The notes beneath the pieces were generated by a model. It worked only from the letters and a program-made list of their open reading frames with translations, ran no database searches and was not told the DNA's origin. This document shows positions 27,793 to 37,376 of a stretch of 64,000 nucleotides of DNA, piece after piece; position 1 is the stretch's first letter; each line of letters starts with the position of its first letter. Source of the stretch: a virus; the IMG/VR virus record IMGVR_UViG_3300025880_000012, positions 1-64,000 of that record; one strand, written 5' to 3'. Made by a program: the position numbers and the translations under genes.

Positions 27793-29647
27793 AGGAAATC
27801 AAACTCGTCGACCTAAGGAAGACGTCAATCAAGAAATTCTTAATTTAGAAGGTTTCCTCGATGAAAATGAGGCAAAGCAAAATCTTTATAAATTCTTAAA
27901 AGATAATATTACCTTTACTACTAGTTTAGTAGGTGGAGTAGATTTATTTCCTTTTCAACACATGGCTATCAAAGCTATGTTTGAGACTGATTATTTCATG
28001 GGGGTATGGAGTCGTGGTATGAGTAAATCTTTTACTACTGGTGTATACGCTTTCCTTGATGCTATAATGCATCAGGGTGTTGAAATTGGAATATTGGCTG
28101 CATCATTTAGACAGTCAAAACAAATATTTAAAAAAATTGAAGACATCGCCGCAAAGCCTGAAGCTAGAATGCTAGCGAATTGTATAACTAAAAAATCAAA
28201 AAGCAATGATGAATGGTTAATGGAAATTGGGAGAAGTAGGATTAGAGCCTTGCCATTAGGAGATGGATCCAAGCTTCGGGGATTTAGGTTTCATAGAATT
28301 ATTATTGATGAGTTCCTATTGATGCCGGAAAGAATCTACAATGAAGTTATTGTCCCCTTTCTTTCTGTAGTAGAAAATCCAACTCAAAGAGAAGACTTGT
28401 ATAATTTAGAGACTAAGTTGATTGATCAAGGCAAAATGAAAGAGGAAGATAGATATGTATGGCCGAACAATAAATTAATTATGTTGTCTTCCGCTAGTTA
28501 CAAATTTGAATACATGTATAAGCTTTACAGTCAATTTGAAAACTTAATTCAAGGTAAAGATGTTGATCAAGATAAAGCTACTAGGTGTATCATGCAGTTT
28601 TCTTATGATTGTGCACCTAAGCAGCTTTACGACCAAAACCTCATAACTCAAGCTAAGGCTACAATGAGTCAGTCCCAGTTTGAGCGTGAGTTTGGAGCGT
28701 TATTTACAGATGACAGTTCTGGATACTTCAAAACGTCTAGAATGGCATCATGTACTATACAAGACGGAGAAGATCCTCATGTTGAAATTAAGGGTCAGCC
28801 TGAGGATGAATACATATTAGCTTTCGACCCATCTTGGTCAGAAAGTGAAAGTAGTGATGATTTTGCTATGCATGTATTAAAGTATCATAAAAGCACAGGC
28901 ACTTCAACATTAGTACATTCTTATGCAATGTCTGGAACTCCACTTCGAGAACATATTTTTTATTTTCATTATCTTATCAAAAACTTTAATATCATTGCTA
29001 TAGTTGGAGATTATAATGGAGGAGTTCAATTTATCAATGCAGTTAATGAGAGTGAGTTATTTAAAACTAGCAATATAAAAATAAAAGGTGTTGACGGCGA
29101 TTTCGATAAAATGGAAAATTATAAAGATGAATTAAGAACTGCGAAAATGCAGTACAATAAAAAAGATTATAAGTATTTATTCCTAAGAAAGCCTACATCT
29201 GATTGGATCAGAAAAGCTAATGAGTTATTGCAAGCAAATTTTGATCATAAACGTATTTGGTTTGGTTCTAGAGCGATTGATGAAGCTTACAATAAACAAA
29301 GAGCTAAAAAAATACCAATCAATAAATTAAAATTTCTTAGATTGTCTGAAGAAGAGTTAAAGCAAAGTGGTCAAGCAAAAATGATAGACTTTATAGAACA
29401 TCAATACGACATGATTAACATGACAAAAAATCAATGTGCATTAATTCAGATCACAACTTCACCTCAAGGAACGCAGACTTTTGGGTTACCTCCAGAGCTT
29501 AGAAGGCAGACTGGACCTGATAAAGCAAGGAAGGATTCGTACTCAGCCTTAGTTCTTGGGAGTTGGATGGTTAAGGTATTTCATGACATGAATAACTCCA
29601 AGGCTCAGCAAGCCCATTCTACATTTGCTCCAATGTTTATAAGTTAA
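27779..29647 (+). CDS. terL: terminase large subunit
   Basis: SRGMSKS Walker A, LRGFRF, IIIDE Walker B, C-terminal LAFDPS and KDSYSA nuclease motifs. Confidence 0.9.
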   Translation: MAWDEGNQTRRPKEDVNQEILNLEGFLDENEAKQNLYKFLKDNITFTTSLVGGVDLFPFQHMAIKAMFETDYFMGVWSRGMSKSFTTGVYAFLDAIMHQGVEIGILAASFRQSKQIFKKIEDIAAKPEARMLANCITKKSKSNDEWLMEIGRSRIRALPLGDGSKLRGFRFHRIIIDEFLLMPERIYNEVIVPFLSVVENPTQREDLYNLETKLIDQGKMKEEDRYVWPNNKLIMLSSASYKFEYMYKLYSQFENLIQGKDVDQDKATRCIMQFSYDCAPKQLYDQNLITQAKATMSQSQFEREFGALFTDDSSGYFKTSRMASCTIQDGEDPHVEIKGQPEDEYILAFDPSWSESESSDDFAMHVLKYHKSTGTSTLVHSYAMSGTPLREHIFYFHYLIKNFNIIAIVGDYNGGVQFINAVNESELFKTSNIKIKGVDGDFDKMENYKDELRTAKMQYNKKDYKYLFLRKPTSDWIRKANELLQANFDHKRIWFGSRAIDEAYNKQRAKKIPINKLKFLRLSEEELKQSGQAKMIDFIEHQYDMINMTKNQCALIQITTSPQGTQTFGLPPELRRQTGPDKARKDSYSALVLGSWMVKVFHDMNNSKAQQAHSTFAPMFIS

Positions 29648-29680
29648 CTTTTAACTTTTATAGACTTTTAGTTAGACTTT

Positions 29681-29694
29681 GTGTATTATGTATT
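29681..29694 (+). promoter_or_regulatory. GTGTA putative late promoter (portal)
   Basis: 14 nt before GTG 29695. Confidence 0.6.
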
Positions 29695-31767
29695 GTGAAA
29701 GAAAAAAGAAAGTATACAAAAAGATCTGATTATTGGAGCCAATTTTCAAAGCAGGATAAACCTATAGATGATATATTAAAATTGAATGAAGCTATAGGAA
29801 CATTACCAGAAACAGCTGGAGACAGTTTTTATGTTCAGTCTGCTGCGGCAAGCACTTCAAACAGAAGAGTTCAATATGGAGATCATACAACTTCTAGAAA
29901 AAATGCCATACACCACAACAATAAAGAAGATAAATATGTCAATATTAGGAATGGTATGCTTCCTTATGATTACTCTGGCGATGGAGTTAATGTTAGAGAT
30001 GCTATAGAGCTATGCCAAAAAGCTTATGCTAACATTTCAATTTTTAGAAATGCTATAGATATAATGGCTGAATTTTCTAATTCCCCTATATACCTTGAGG
30101 GTGAGAATGACCGATCCAAAAAGTTCATTGAGGGATGGATGAAAAAAATAGGCATATGGAAATTAAAAGATCAATATTTCAGAGAGTATTATAGATCAGG
30201 GAATATATTTTTTTATAGAGTAGATGGTAAGTTTTCCAACGAAGACTTAATGAAGATGAATTATGTATACGCATCTCAGACATTAAAACCTGGAGAGATA
30301 CCAGTTCGATACATGTTACTTAATCCTTATGACATTGTTGCAGATAAAGCTACCGCATTTCAAGATGGAATATATAAAAAAGTATTATCCGACTATGAGC
30401 TTGAAAAATTAAGAGAACCAAAAACAGAAGAAGATAAAAAAGTATTTGATTCATTAGACCCTGAAACAAAAAAGAAAATTAAAGATGGATCATTTACTCG
30501 TGATGGTTTAAAAATTAAATTAGATTCAGAAAAATTAATTTATTCATTTTATAAAAAACAAGATTATGAACCTTTTGCTGTTCCTTTTGGCTTTCCTGTA
30601 TTAGATGATATTAATTGGAAGTTAGAGTTAAAGAAGATTGATCAAGCTATATGTAGAACCGTAGAGAATGTAATACTTTTAATTACAATGGGAGCAGAGC
30701 CAGATAAAGGAGGAGTAAACCCAAACAATTTAAAAGCCATGCAAGAGCTATTTAAAAATGAGAGTGTTGGCAGAGCATTAATTGCAGATTACACAACTAA
30801 AGCTCAATTTGTTATTCCTGACCTTAATAAAGTTCTTGGTTCTGAAAAATACAAAATAGTAAATGAAGACATTAAAGAAGGTCTACAAAATATTATTGTG
30901 GGTAGTGAAAAGTTCTCAAACACACAAGTTAAAGCTGAAATATTCTTAGAGAGATTAAAAGAATCTCGTAATGCATTTTTAAATGATTTTTTACAGCCGC
31001 AAATTAAAGAGGTTTGTCAGAACATGGGATTAAAGTCTTATCCCACAGCTAAATTTGAAGAGATTGACATTAAAGATGAAGTTCAGTTTCATAGAGTTAT
31101 TACTAGATTGTTGGAAATTGGTATACTTACTCCAGAGCAAGGCATCAAATCCATGCAAACTGGACTGTATCCAAATCCACGCGAATTATCTCAAGTTCAA
31201 GAAAAGTATGTTGAGCAACGTGAAAAAGGTTATTACAATCCTTTGGTTGGTGGTATACCAATGATTGAAAGTGTTCAGTCTGAAAAAGATCGAGAAATTG
31301 CAGAAGAACAACTAGAAATCCAAAAAGAAGGCGCGCAGAACCAAAAACAAGCTGTTCAGCAAAAAAGTAAAGAAACACAAAATAAAACTAAAAAATCTCC
31401 TGGACGACCAAATGGAACAAATCAAATTCCATTACAAGCCGCAGATTATTATGGAAAAGATAATGTTCAACAAACAATATATGATATAGAAGATTTACAA
31501 TCTTATGCTATTGCTAATTTCCAAAAATATAAAAATTTAAAAGAATTGAATGACAACCATAAAGATTTAATTGTTAAGTTGTGCGAATCAGTTGTTTGCG
31601 CTAAAGAACAAAAGCAGTGGAAGCGTACATTATTGTCTTGCGTTAAGAACATCGATAATATTCAAAAGTTAGATGTTATGCCTGACATATTGGAGGTGTC
31701 CGCAAAGCATGAACTGTCCGATTACCCTTCAGCTATATTATATCATAGCAAAAATCACAAAAAATAG
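29695..31767 (+). CDS. portal protein
   Basis: Follows terL; AIDIMAEFS, REYYRSGNIF, LLNP, FAVPFGFPVL. Confidence 0.8.
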   Translation: MKEKRKYTKRSDYWSQFSKQDKPIDDILKLNEAIGTLPETAGDSFYVQSAAASTSNRRVQYGDHTTSRKNAIHHNNKEDKYVNIRNGMLPYDYSGDGVNVRDAIELCQKAYANISIFRNAIDIMAEFSNSPIYLEGENDRSKKFIEGWMKKIGIWKLKDQYFREYYRSGNIFFYRVDGKFSNEDLMKMNYVYASQTLKPGEIPVRYMLLNPYDIVADKATAFQDGIYKKVLSDYELEKLREPKTEEDKKVFDSLDPETKKKIKDGSFTRDGLKIKLDSEKLIYSFYKKQDYEPFAVPFGFPVLDDINWKLELKKIDQAICRTVENVILLITMGAEPDKGGVNPNNLKAMQELFKNESVGRALIADYTTKAQFVIPDLNKVLGSEKYKIVNEDIKEGLQNIIVGSEKFSNTQVKAEIFLERLKESRNAFLNDFLQPQIKEVCQNMGLKSYPTAKFEEIDIKDEVQFHRVITRLLEIGILTPEQGIKSMQTGLYPNPRELSQVQEKYVEQREKGYYNPLVGGIPMIESVQSEKDREIAEEQLEIQKEGAQNQKQAVQQKSKETQNKTKKSPGRPNGTNQIPLQAADYYGKDNVQQTIYDIEDLQSYAIANFQKYKNLKELNDNHKDLIVKLCESVVCAKEQKQWKRTLLSCVKNIDNIQKLDVMPDILEVSAKHELSDYPSAILYHSKNHKK

Positions 31768-31781
31768 TGTACTTAAAATAG
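31767..31781 (+). promoter_or_regulatory. GTGTA putative late promoter (protease/capsid operon)
   Basis: 15 nt before ATG 31782. Confidence 0.6.
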
Positions 31782-33311
31782 ATGAGCAAAAAATTTAAAT
31801 ACACTACAAATTTTTCAAATATAATTTTAGCGTCTGGAGATGTTGATTCGCCAGACCTTAATATCAGTAAAGCTTCACTTGAGTCATTAAAGGAAATCAT
31901 ACCGACAGATGTCGATCTTGAAAAAAATATGGATTTACTCGCTGTGGCATTTAATGGAGCAGTAGTTAATGCATTTAATAAGAACGGTGATGGAATTGAC
32001 TCTAAATCAGCGATAAACATTCTTGACCAATTTAAACATAAGCCAACTAATATTGAACATCAAAAGGAAAAGATAGTTGGACATATAGTTTCTGCAAGCT
32101 TTTCTAGCTTTATGGATAATGAGATTCTATCTTCGGAAGAAGTAGAGAATACAAACGAACCATTTAATATTGCTCTAGCTTCTCTTATATATAGAATGAT
32201 CAATCCTCAATTTGCAAATTTAGTCGAACAATCTGTAGATCCAGAAAGTGAGCTTTACCATAAAGTCTCAGCTAGTTGGGAAATTGGTTTTAATGATTTT
32301 GTATTGGCTGTTGGCAGTAATGACTTGAAAAACGCCGAAATTATCGATGATGAGAATATGATTGATGAGTTAAAAGGTAATTTAAAAGCTCTTGGTGGCG
32401 AAGGAAAGATGAAAGATGGCTCACCAATTCACCGATTAATTGTTGGAGAAATTTTTCCTCTCGGAATTGGCTTCACCTCGAATCCCGCCGCTAATGTAAA
32501 GGGATTAGTAGTTAGTTCAAAAACAGAACAAACACCAACTACAGAAAAAAAGGAAAAAAATATTTCACAAAACATCAATTCTGATGTAAATAACAAAAAA
32601 AGTATTATTATGGACAATAACGAAATTTTAAATAATCTAGTGTCAGCTCTTGAAGAAAAAGTTTCTGAAAAGAAATTCTCTGAAGAAGCAGTGGCTACTG
32701 TATCTAAAATTATTAATGACGCAATTCTTGAACGCAACGATTCGTTCGTACAAGAAAAAGAGCAACTTGAGACTGAAAAAGCTGAGTTAACTCAAGCCGC
32801 AGAAAAAACTGCAGCTGAAGTTAAGAAGCTTAGTGAAGAGCTTACAGTTGCTACTGACCGTGTTACAGAATTAGAGCAGCAGCATAAACAACAGGAGGCA
32901 GTTGCTCGTTTTGATGCGAGAATGTCCGTAATCGAAGATGCTTATGAGCTCGACGAAGATAGCCGTAGGGTTGTCGCTCACGAACTTAAAGATCTTGAAG
33001 AGTCTGAAGAAGCATTTGCAACTTTCCAAGAGAAATTGCAAGTTGTACTTAAACATCAGAACAAAGAATTTATCGCTAAGCAAGAAGAAGAATTTAATGC
33101 TAAGCTCGCTGAAGCAGTTGAAAAACGTTTGGCAGAACTTAAAAGCACTGATTCTTCAGAGGAAGAAGTTGTTGAAGAAGCAATGGACAAGGTGGAAGCC
33201 GAAGAAGAAGTTGTCGCTAACAACAATGCAGAATCCTCAGAGCAAGAAGTTTCCCTGAAGCAAAAATTTGAAAAAGCTTTCTCGGAAGACAATTTAACCA
33301 TAAACTACTAA
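31782..33311 (+). CDS. prohead protease with C-terminal coiled-coil scaffold
   Basis: NKNGD, KPTNIEH, VGHI, SWEIGF, GIGFTSNPA; acidic coiled-coil C-terminal half. Confidence 0.8.
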   Translation: MSKKFKYTTNFSNIILASGDVDSPDLNISKASLESLKEIIPTDVDLEKNMDLLAVAFNGAVVNAFNKNGDGIDSKSAINILDQFKHKPTNIEHQKEKIVGHIVSASFSSFMDNEILSSEEVENTNEPFNIALASLIYRMINPQFANLVEQSVDPESELYHKVSASWEIGFNDFVLAVGSNDLKNAEIIDDENMIDELKGNLKALGGEGKMKDGSPIHRLIVGEIFPLGIGFTSNPAANVKGLVVSSKTEQTPTTEKKEKNISQNINSDVNNKKSIIMDNNEILNNLVSALEEKVSEKKFSEEAVATVSKIINDAILERNDSFVQEKEQLETEKAELTQAAEKTAAEVKKLSEELTVATDRVTELEQQHKQQEAVARFDARMSVIEDAYELDEDSRRVVAHELKDLEESEEAFATFQEKLQVVLKHQNKEFIAKQEEEFNAKLAEAVEKRLAELKSTDSSEEEVVEEAMDKVEAEEEVVANNNAESSEQEVSLKQKFEKAFSEDNLTINY

Positions 33312-33332
33312 AATATAAAGGAATAAAATAAA

Positions 33333-34040
33333 ATGGCTATTAGACTATTACCGTTTCGTGATTACGATGAACATGATGTCGTAAATCTCTTCAAAAGTGC
33401 TGGAACTCTCGAACAATTCATCGATCTTTCCCACGCTGACCGCCGCTCAACCGCTCAAGGTGATGCTGGTGTATTCGTGAAAGTTTCGAATGGCTCTCTT
33501 AATGCAGAGGGTACAAGTTGGGATCCAATTGATATCGACGCTCAAGCTGGAGCAACTTCTCTGCTTGGAAAAACAGATTATCCAAATGTTGCAAAGAATT
33601 TTTATCCAGAAGCGACACTGAGCTTTGCTCCTATCGCAACTGCCGAAGATGAATGTATTGGAATTACACTTCGTCAAACTGTTGCTCGTGATGAGCTTGG
33701 AGAAAACCTTCTTTACAATCAAATCAAGAAAGACGAACTTTTTGGAGTTCTTCCTGGTGAAGTTGTACCTGTTCTTTCGAAAGGTATGATTTCTATTACT
33801 TCTGATGCTTTTGAAGGTGGTACTGTTGGTACAGCTGGACAAGTTCTTATTGGAGCAGCTGACGGACAAGTTACAGCTGTAGCACGTACCGATGTTACAG
33901 TTGGTCAAAAAATCCTTGGAACCATTCTTGCAGCTGGTTATCGTGATGACGAAGCTGGAACTCTTGGTGGAACCAATGTATTTGGTAAAGCAGGATTAAT
34001 GAAAGGTGGCTACGCTATCGTAAAAATCGATTGCGCATAA
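33333..34040 (+). CDS. head decoration/minor capsid protein
   Basis: Between scaffold and MCP; Gly/Ala/Val-rich; highly biased codons. Confidence 0.65.
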   Translation: MAIRLLPFRDYDEHDVVNLFKSAGTLEQFIDLSHADRRSTAQGDAGVFVKVSNGSLNAEGTSWDPIDIDAQAGATSLLGKTDYPNVAKNFYPEATLSFAPIATAEDECIGITLRQTVARDELGENLLYNQIKKDELFGVLPGEVVPVLSKGMISITSDAFEGGTVGTAGQVLIGAADGQVTAVARTDVTVGQKILGTILAAGYRDDEAGTLGGTNVFGKAGLMKGGYAIVKIDCA

Positions 34041-34068
34041 CATTTAATAAAGAAAGGTAAAATTTAAA

Positions 34069-35202
34069 ATGAAAATTACATTAAAAAGAACACCCGAACA
34101 AATTGAGCTCGTTAAAGCAATGGCTTCTAAAAACCGCGATGTCGCGTATGAAGCTCAAGTTGCATTAGCAGAATTTATTGGACCTGTATTGGCTAAGGTT
34201 ATCAACCAAGCTCCTACACTCAGTAACTTATTCTCAAATTTCGCATTTAGCGCTGATGAAAGCCCAAGTATCCCAATGGATCTTTACTATGACGTAACTG
34301 ATGAAGATTATGTCACTGTTTGGAGTCAAGCCGTACCTGGTGGCCTTCCTACTAACACAGTAACACCTATCGGTGGTGAAATGAAATTCACAACCTATCG
34401 TCTTGATAGTGCTATTGATTTCGATAAGCGTTATGCTCAACGCTCCCGTATGGATGTTATTAGTAAGTCTTTCTCTCGTATTGCTCAAGAAGTTCTTCTC
34501 AAGCAAGAACGTAATTCTGCCACTCTTCTTCTTGGAGCTTTGGCTGAGGCTAAAACAAAAGGACGCAACCATGTGATCAAAGCTGCCAACAGCGGACGTT
34601 TGATTCTTGACGATTTCAATCGTCTTCTTACACTTGGCAAACGCATCAATACTGCTTGGACTGGTGGTACACCTGAAGGTGGTATCGGAGGCCGTGGAGT
34701 AACTGATCTTATCGTTTCTCCAGAAGTTGTACAAGGTCTTCGCGAAATGGCTTACAACCCAATTAATACCAAGGGTAACAACACTGATATCGCTGCTACT
34801 GATAGTATGCGTGAAGCTGTATACTCTAACGGTGGAATTCCTGAATTCTATGGTATCAATATCATGGAGCTTCAAGAAATGGGTAAAGGTCAACGTTTCA
34901 ATACTTTGTTTTCTACCCTTGTCAACGATAAAGATAATGACATTGGCTTTAAAGGCGATGATCAAGATCCAGAAGGGTTCACATTTGGTGACACTAACGA
35001 TTCTGAAATCGTTATTGGTCTTGATAAGCGTGTTGAGTCTATGCTTCGTGCAGTTGCTACCGATTCTGAAACTGGTTCCGAGTTCTCCTTGGTTGCTGAT
35101 GATCAATACAGTGTTCGTCAATCCAAGATTGGATACTATGGTTCTATCGAAGAAGGTCGCATGATCCTCGACAACCGAGCCCTCTTTGGACTTGTAGTGT
35201 AA
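34069..35202 (+). CDS. major capsid protein
   Basis: Position, 377 aa size, strong codon bias, downstream terminator, LIVSPE/FYGINI pattern. Confidence 0.85.
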   Translation: MKITLKRTPEQIELVKAMASKNRDVAYEAQVALAEFIGPVLAKVINQAPTLSNLFSNFAFSADESPSIPMDLYYDVTDEDYVTVWSQAVPGGLPTNTVTPIGGEMKFTTYRLDSAIDFDKRYAQRSRMDVISKSFSRIAQEVLLKQERNSATLLLGALAEAKTKGRNHVIKAANSGRLILDDFNRLLTLGKRINTAWTGGTPEGGIGGRGVTDLIVSPEVVQGLREMAYNPINTKGNNTDIAATDSMREAVYSNGGIPEFYGINIMELQEMGKGQRFNTLFSTLVNDKDNDIGFKGDDQDPEGFTFGDTNDSEIVIGLDKRVESMLRAVATDSETGSEFSLVADDQYSVRQSKIGYYGSIEEGRMILDNRALFGLVV

Positions 35203-35227
35203 GATATTGTTCTACAATATTCTTTAT

Positions 35228-35258
35228 CAAAAAATCCACCTTTATGGTGGATTTTTTG
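35228..35258 (+). terminator. rho-independent terminator (possibly bidirectional)
   Basis: CAAAAAATCCACC-tttat-GGTGGATTTTTTG. Confidence 0.85.
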
Positions 35259-35308
35259 TTTATTAGAGTTATTATATGTGTATAAAACTTTAAATTATAG
35301 AAATTATT

Positions 35309-35710
35309 ATGGCCACAAACAAAAGAAAAACAACTAAAAAAACAACAACAAAGCCTTCAGCCAAAAAGAAACCAATGCAGTATGCAGATGGTAAAGTAGC
35401 TGATAATAGACAAGATCTAGCAAAAACTGTAGAAGAGTTAATGGGTGTCAAAAGCAGGGATCCATTCAAGTTGGCTAGTGGAGAACGTTTCGACGAAGCT
35501 GTAGCTAGTATGAGTTTATCACAACTTCAAGAAATTGCGGTTGAAGCTGGAGTGTTTCCATCTGGAACCAAAACTACATTAAAAAACAAATTAATGAAGG
35601 AGTATGAAAACCGTACTCATGGTAGGTATGGAGCGAGTACAAATAGTAAGCCAATTGTTGATCCAAAATCTCAAAGAGCTAAAGATATTCTTAGAATTAT
35701 AAACGAATAA
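35309..35710 (+). CDS. hypothetical basic protein
   Basis: ORF; TAATG coupling to the next gene. Confidence 0.7.
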   Translation: MATNKRKTTKKTTTKPSAKKKPMQYADGKVADNRQDLAKTVEELMGVKSRDPFKLASGERFDEAVASMSLSQLQEIAVEAGVFPSGTKTTLKNKLMKEYENRTHGRYGASTNSKPIVDPKSQRAKDILRIINE

Positions 35711-36654
35711 TGAATCAGTTGGGCGAGCTTGGATATCATATTTGGGATATTGAATTTGGAGATCATTCTACAGCTTTAGAAAGAGAGCGTAATGCTTTAT
35801 TAATTTCTGGGTATTTAGAAGCTAATATAGGTCAGTTAAATACATTAATTAACACTGACTTTTATGTTAATGAAGAGCAAGATTCAGTGGTCCCAGAACT
35901 AAAGTATGAAGAGAAAGCTATATTCACTCAATTATACTTGAAAGATTATATGAACAAGCAAGCTCGCAATATTTTAAGAAATGCAGCGAGTAGCTCTTCT
36001 TCTACAAATACTAGTAGCACGACCACTACTGATGGTGTAACAGACTGGATAGAGTTGAGAGAAGGTGATACCTCTATCCGAAGATCCGTCGCTACATCAA
36101 CCAGCAAGAATACATCAGCACAAATACTTCAAAAATCCGCAGCAGAAGCTAATCAACTATTAAAAGAGTTAGTTCATTCCTACAACATGTATGGATCAGT
36201 ACCATTACAAGTTGCTGGAATTGATGGTGGAGAAGTCGAGAGTACATATGTAAGATCTAGCGAACCAAACTTAACCAAAGAGCTTGATAAATTAAAAACT
36301 CAATTTAAGTTACTAAGTGAAGCATTCGTAAAAACTAACGAATCTACTCAAGAAGAGCTAAATAGTGTGAGGAATCAAATTACATCTCAAGCTATAGAAG
36401 GTTTTGCTAAAACTATACCTATACCCAAAGATAGCGAAGAATTATTTATTGATTGGTCTACAGAATTTTTTCCTCCATTTACTCCTACCGTACTAGCTAC
36501 TCTAAGAAGTTTAGATGCTGAAGATCCAATTGTTGCGTACAGAATTGAAGGTGGAGTATCTTTGGGAGGTGTGAGATTTGCATTTTCATCAAAAATACCT
36601 AGTCATTCATACGCTTTAGAAGTTGCGGCATTTATTATAGATAATACTAATTAA
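35710..36654 (+). CDS. putative head-tail adaptor fused to a C-terminal fibre-type beta domain
   Basis: Position after MCP; ELREGDTSIR; C-terminus homologous to the 37377 and 38418 proteins. Confidence 0.55.
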   Translation: MNQLGELGYHIWDIEFGDHSTALERERNALLISGYLEANIGQLNTLINTDFYVNEEQDSVVPELKYEEKAIFTQLYLKDYMNKQARNILRNAASSSSSTNTSSTTTTDGVTDWIELREGDTSIRRSVATSTSKNTSAQILQKSAAEANQLLKELVHSYNMYGSVPLQVAGIDGGEVESTYVRSSEPNLTKELDKLKTQFKLLSEAFVKTNESTQEELNSVRNQITSQAIEGFAKTIPIPKDSEELFIDWSTEFFPPFTPTVLATLRSLDAEDPIVAYRIEGGVSLGGVRFAFSSKIPSHSYALEVAAFIIDNTN

Positions 36655-37307
36655 CCAGCAATTTGTTCAAAAATATTAAGCTGGCTATCAGGATCAGCGT
36701 AGTACCATTTATACATTATATCTTTTTGTATGGTTGATATTTTGTCTTCCATTTTTTTAATTTCGCGCTCAATAGTTTCTAGTAGATCAGGATTAATTTC
36801 CTGAATGTCTATATCTAGATCAAGTGCTACTTTTAGTATTTTATTGAAATCGCCCGATAGTTTTCCAGAAGTTGCTTGCTGGTAGAGTTCGGCGCGCGAC
36901 TCTATTTCTTCTTCTGATAGCCCAGTCGTTTTATCGGGATGTGTTTGTTTCACTATTTCTCGATACAGTTCTTTTACTTGTTTTTTGTCTTTTAGTTTTT
37001 GCTTTTGTTGTTCTGGTTCTTTTTTAAATGGGGGCTCGATTCCTTTGCGCGAACAATAGTCAAACATTGTAGATATGAATGTTTGTTTGGCATGTTGGAA
37101 AATATCAGAAATTTCTTCGTATTCTATATTGAGATAAGATATTTTGTGTTTTAGTTTTTCAAATTTTTTTGCAAGAAGCTTGCGATATTCTTCTTCGTTA
37201 GCTTCGGTAGATAGATCGTCTTTATGTATGAACTTTTTGTTTTCTGGAATATACGCTCCAAGTTCATCTTTCTTGTGTTTTTTAAATAGATCTGTCCAGT
37301 CTTCCAT
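36651..37307 (-). CDS. J-domain (HPD) protein
   Basis: KELYREIVKQTHPDK; paralogue of 969-1511. Confidence 0.75.
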   Translation of the reverse strand: MEDWTDLFKKHKKDELGAYIPENKKFIHKDDLSTEANEEEYRKLLAKKFEKLKHKISYLNIEYEEISDIFQHAKQTFISTMFDYCSRKGIEPPFKKEPEQQKQKLKDKKQVKELYREIVKQTHPDKTTGLSEEEIESRAELYQQATSGKLSGDFNKILKVALDLDIDIQEINPDLLETIEREIKKMEDKISTIQKDIMYKWYYADPDSQLNIFEQIAG

Positions 37308-37321
37308 GATGGTATTTACAC
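37308..37321 (-). promoter_or_regulatory. GTGTA putative late promoter
   Basis: 14 nt before ATG 37307, immediately after a terminator. Confidence 0.6.
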
Positions 37322-37323
37322 AT

Positions 37324-37351
37324 AAAAAAGACGACCCCCGAAGGGGTCGTC
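37324..37351 (-). terminator. rho-independent terminator with UUCG loop
   Basis: Minus strand GACGACCCC-TTCG-GGGGTCGTC-TTTTTT. Confidence 0.9.
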
Positions 37352-37376
37352 CAGGTTAAGGGTTAAGATTAATCGA

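Noticed and set aside
34234-35121. 295-aa antisense ORF opposite the major capsid gene
   Set aside because: Shadow ORF expected from strong codon bias; no recognisable motifs or promoter
36651-36654. Convergent stop-codon overlap as an antisense regulatory system
   Set aside because: A 4-bp TTAA overlap is common in compact phage genomes
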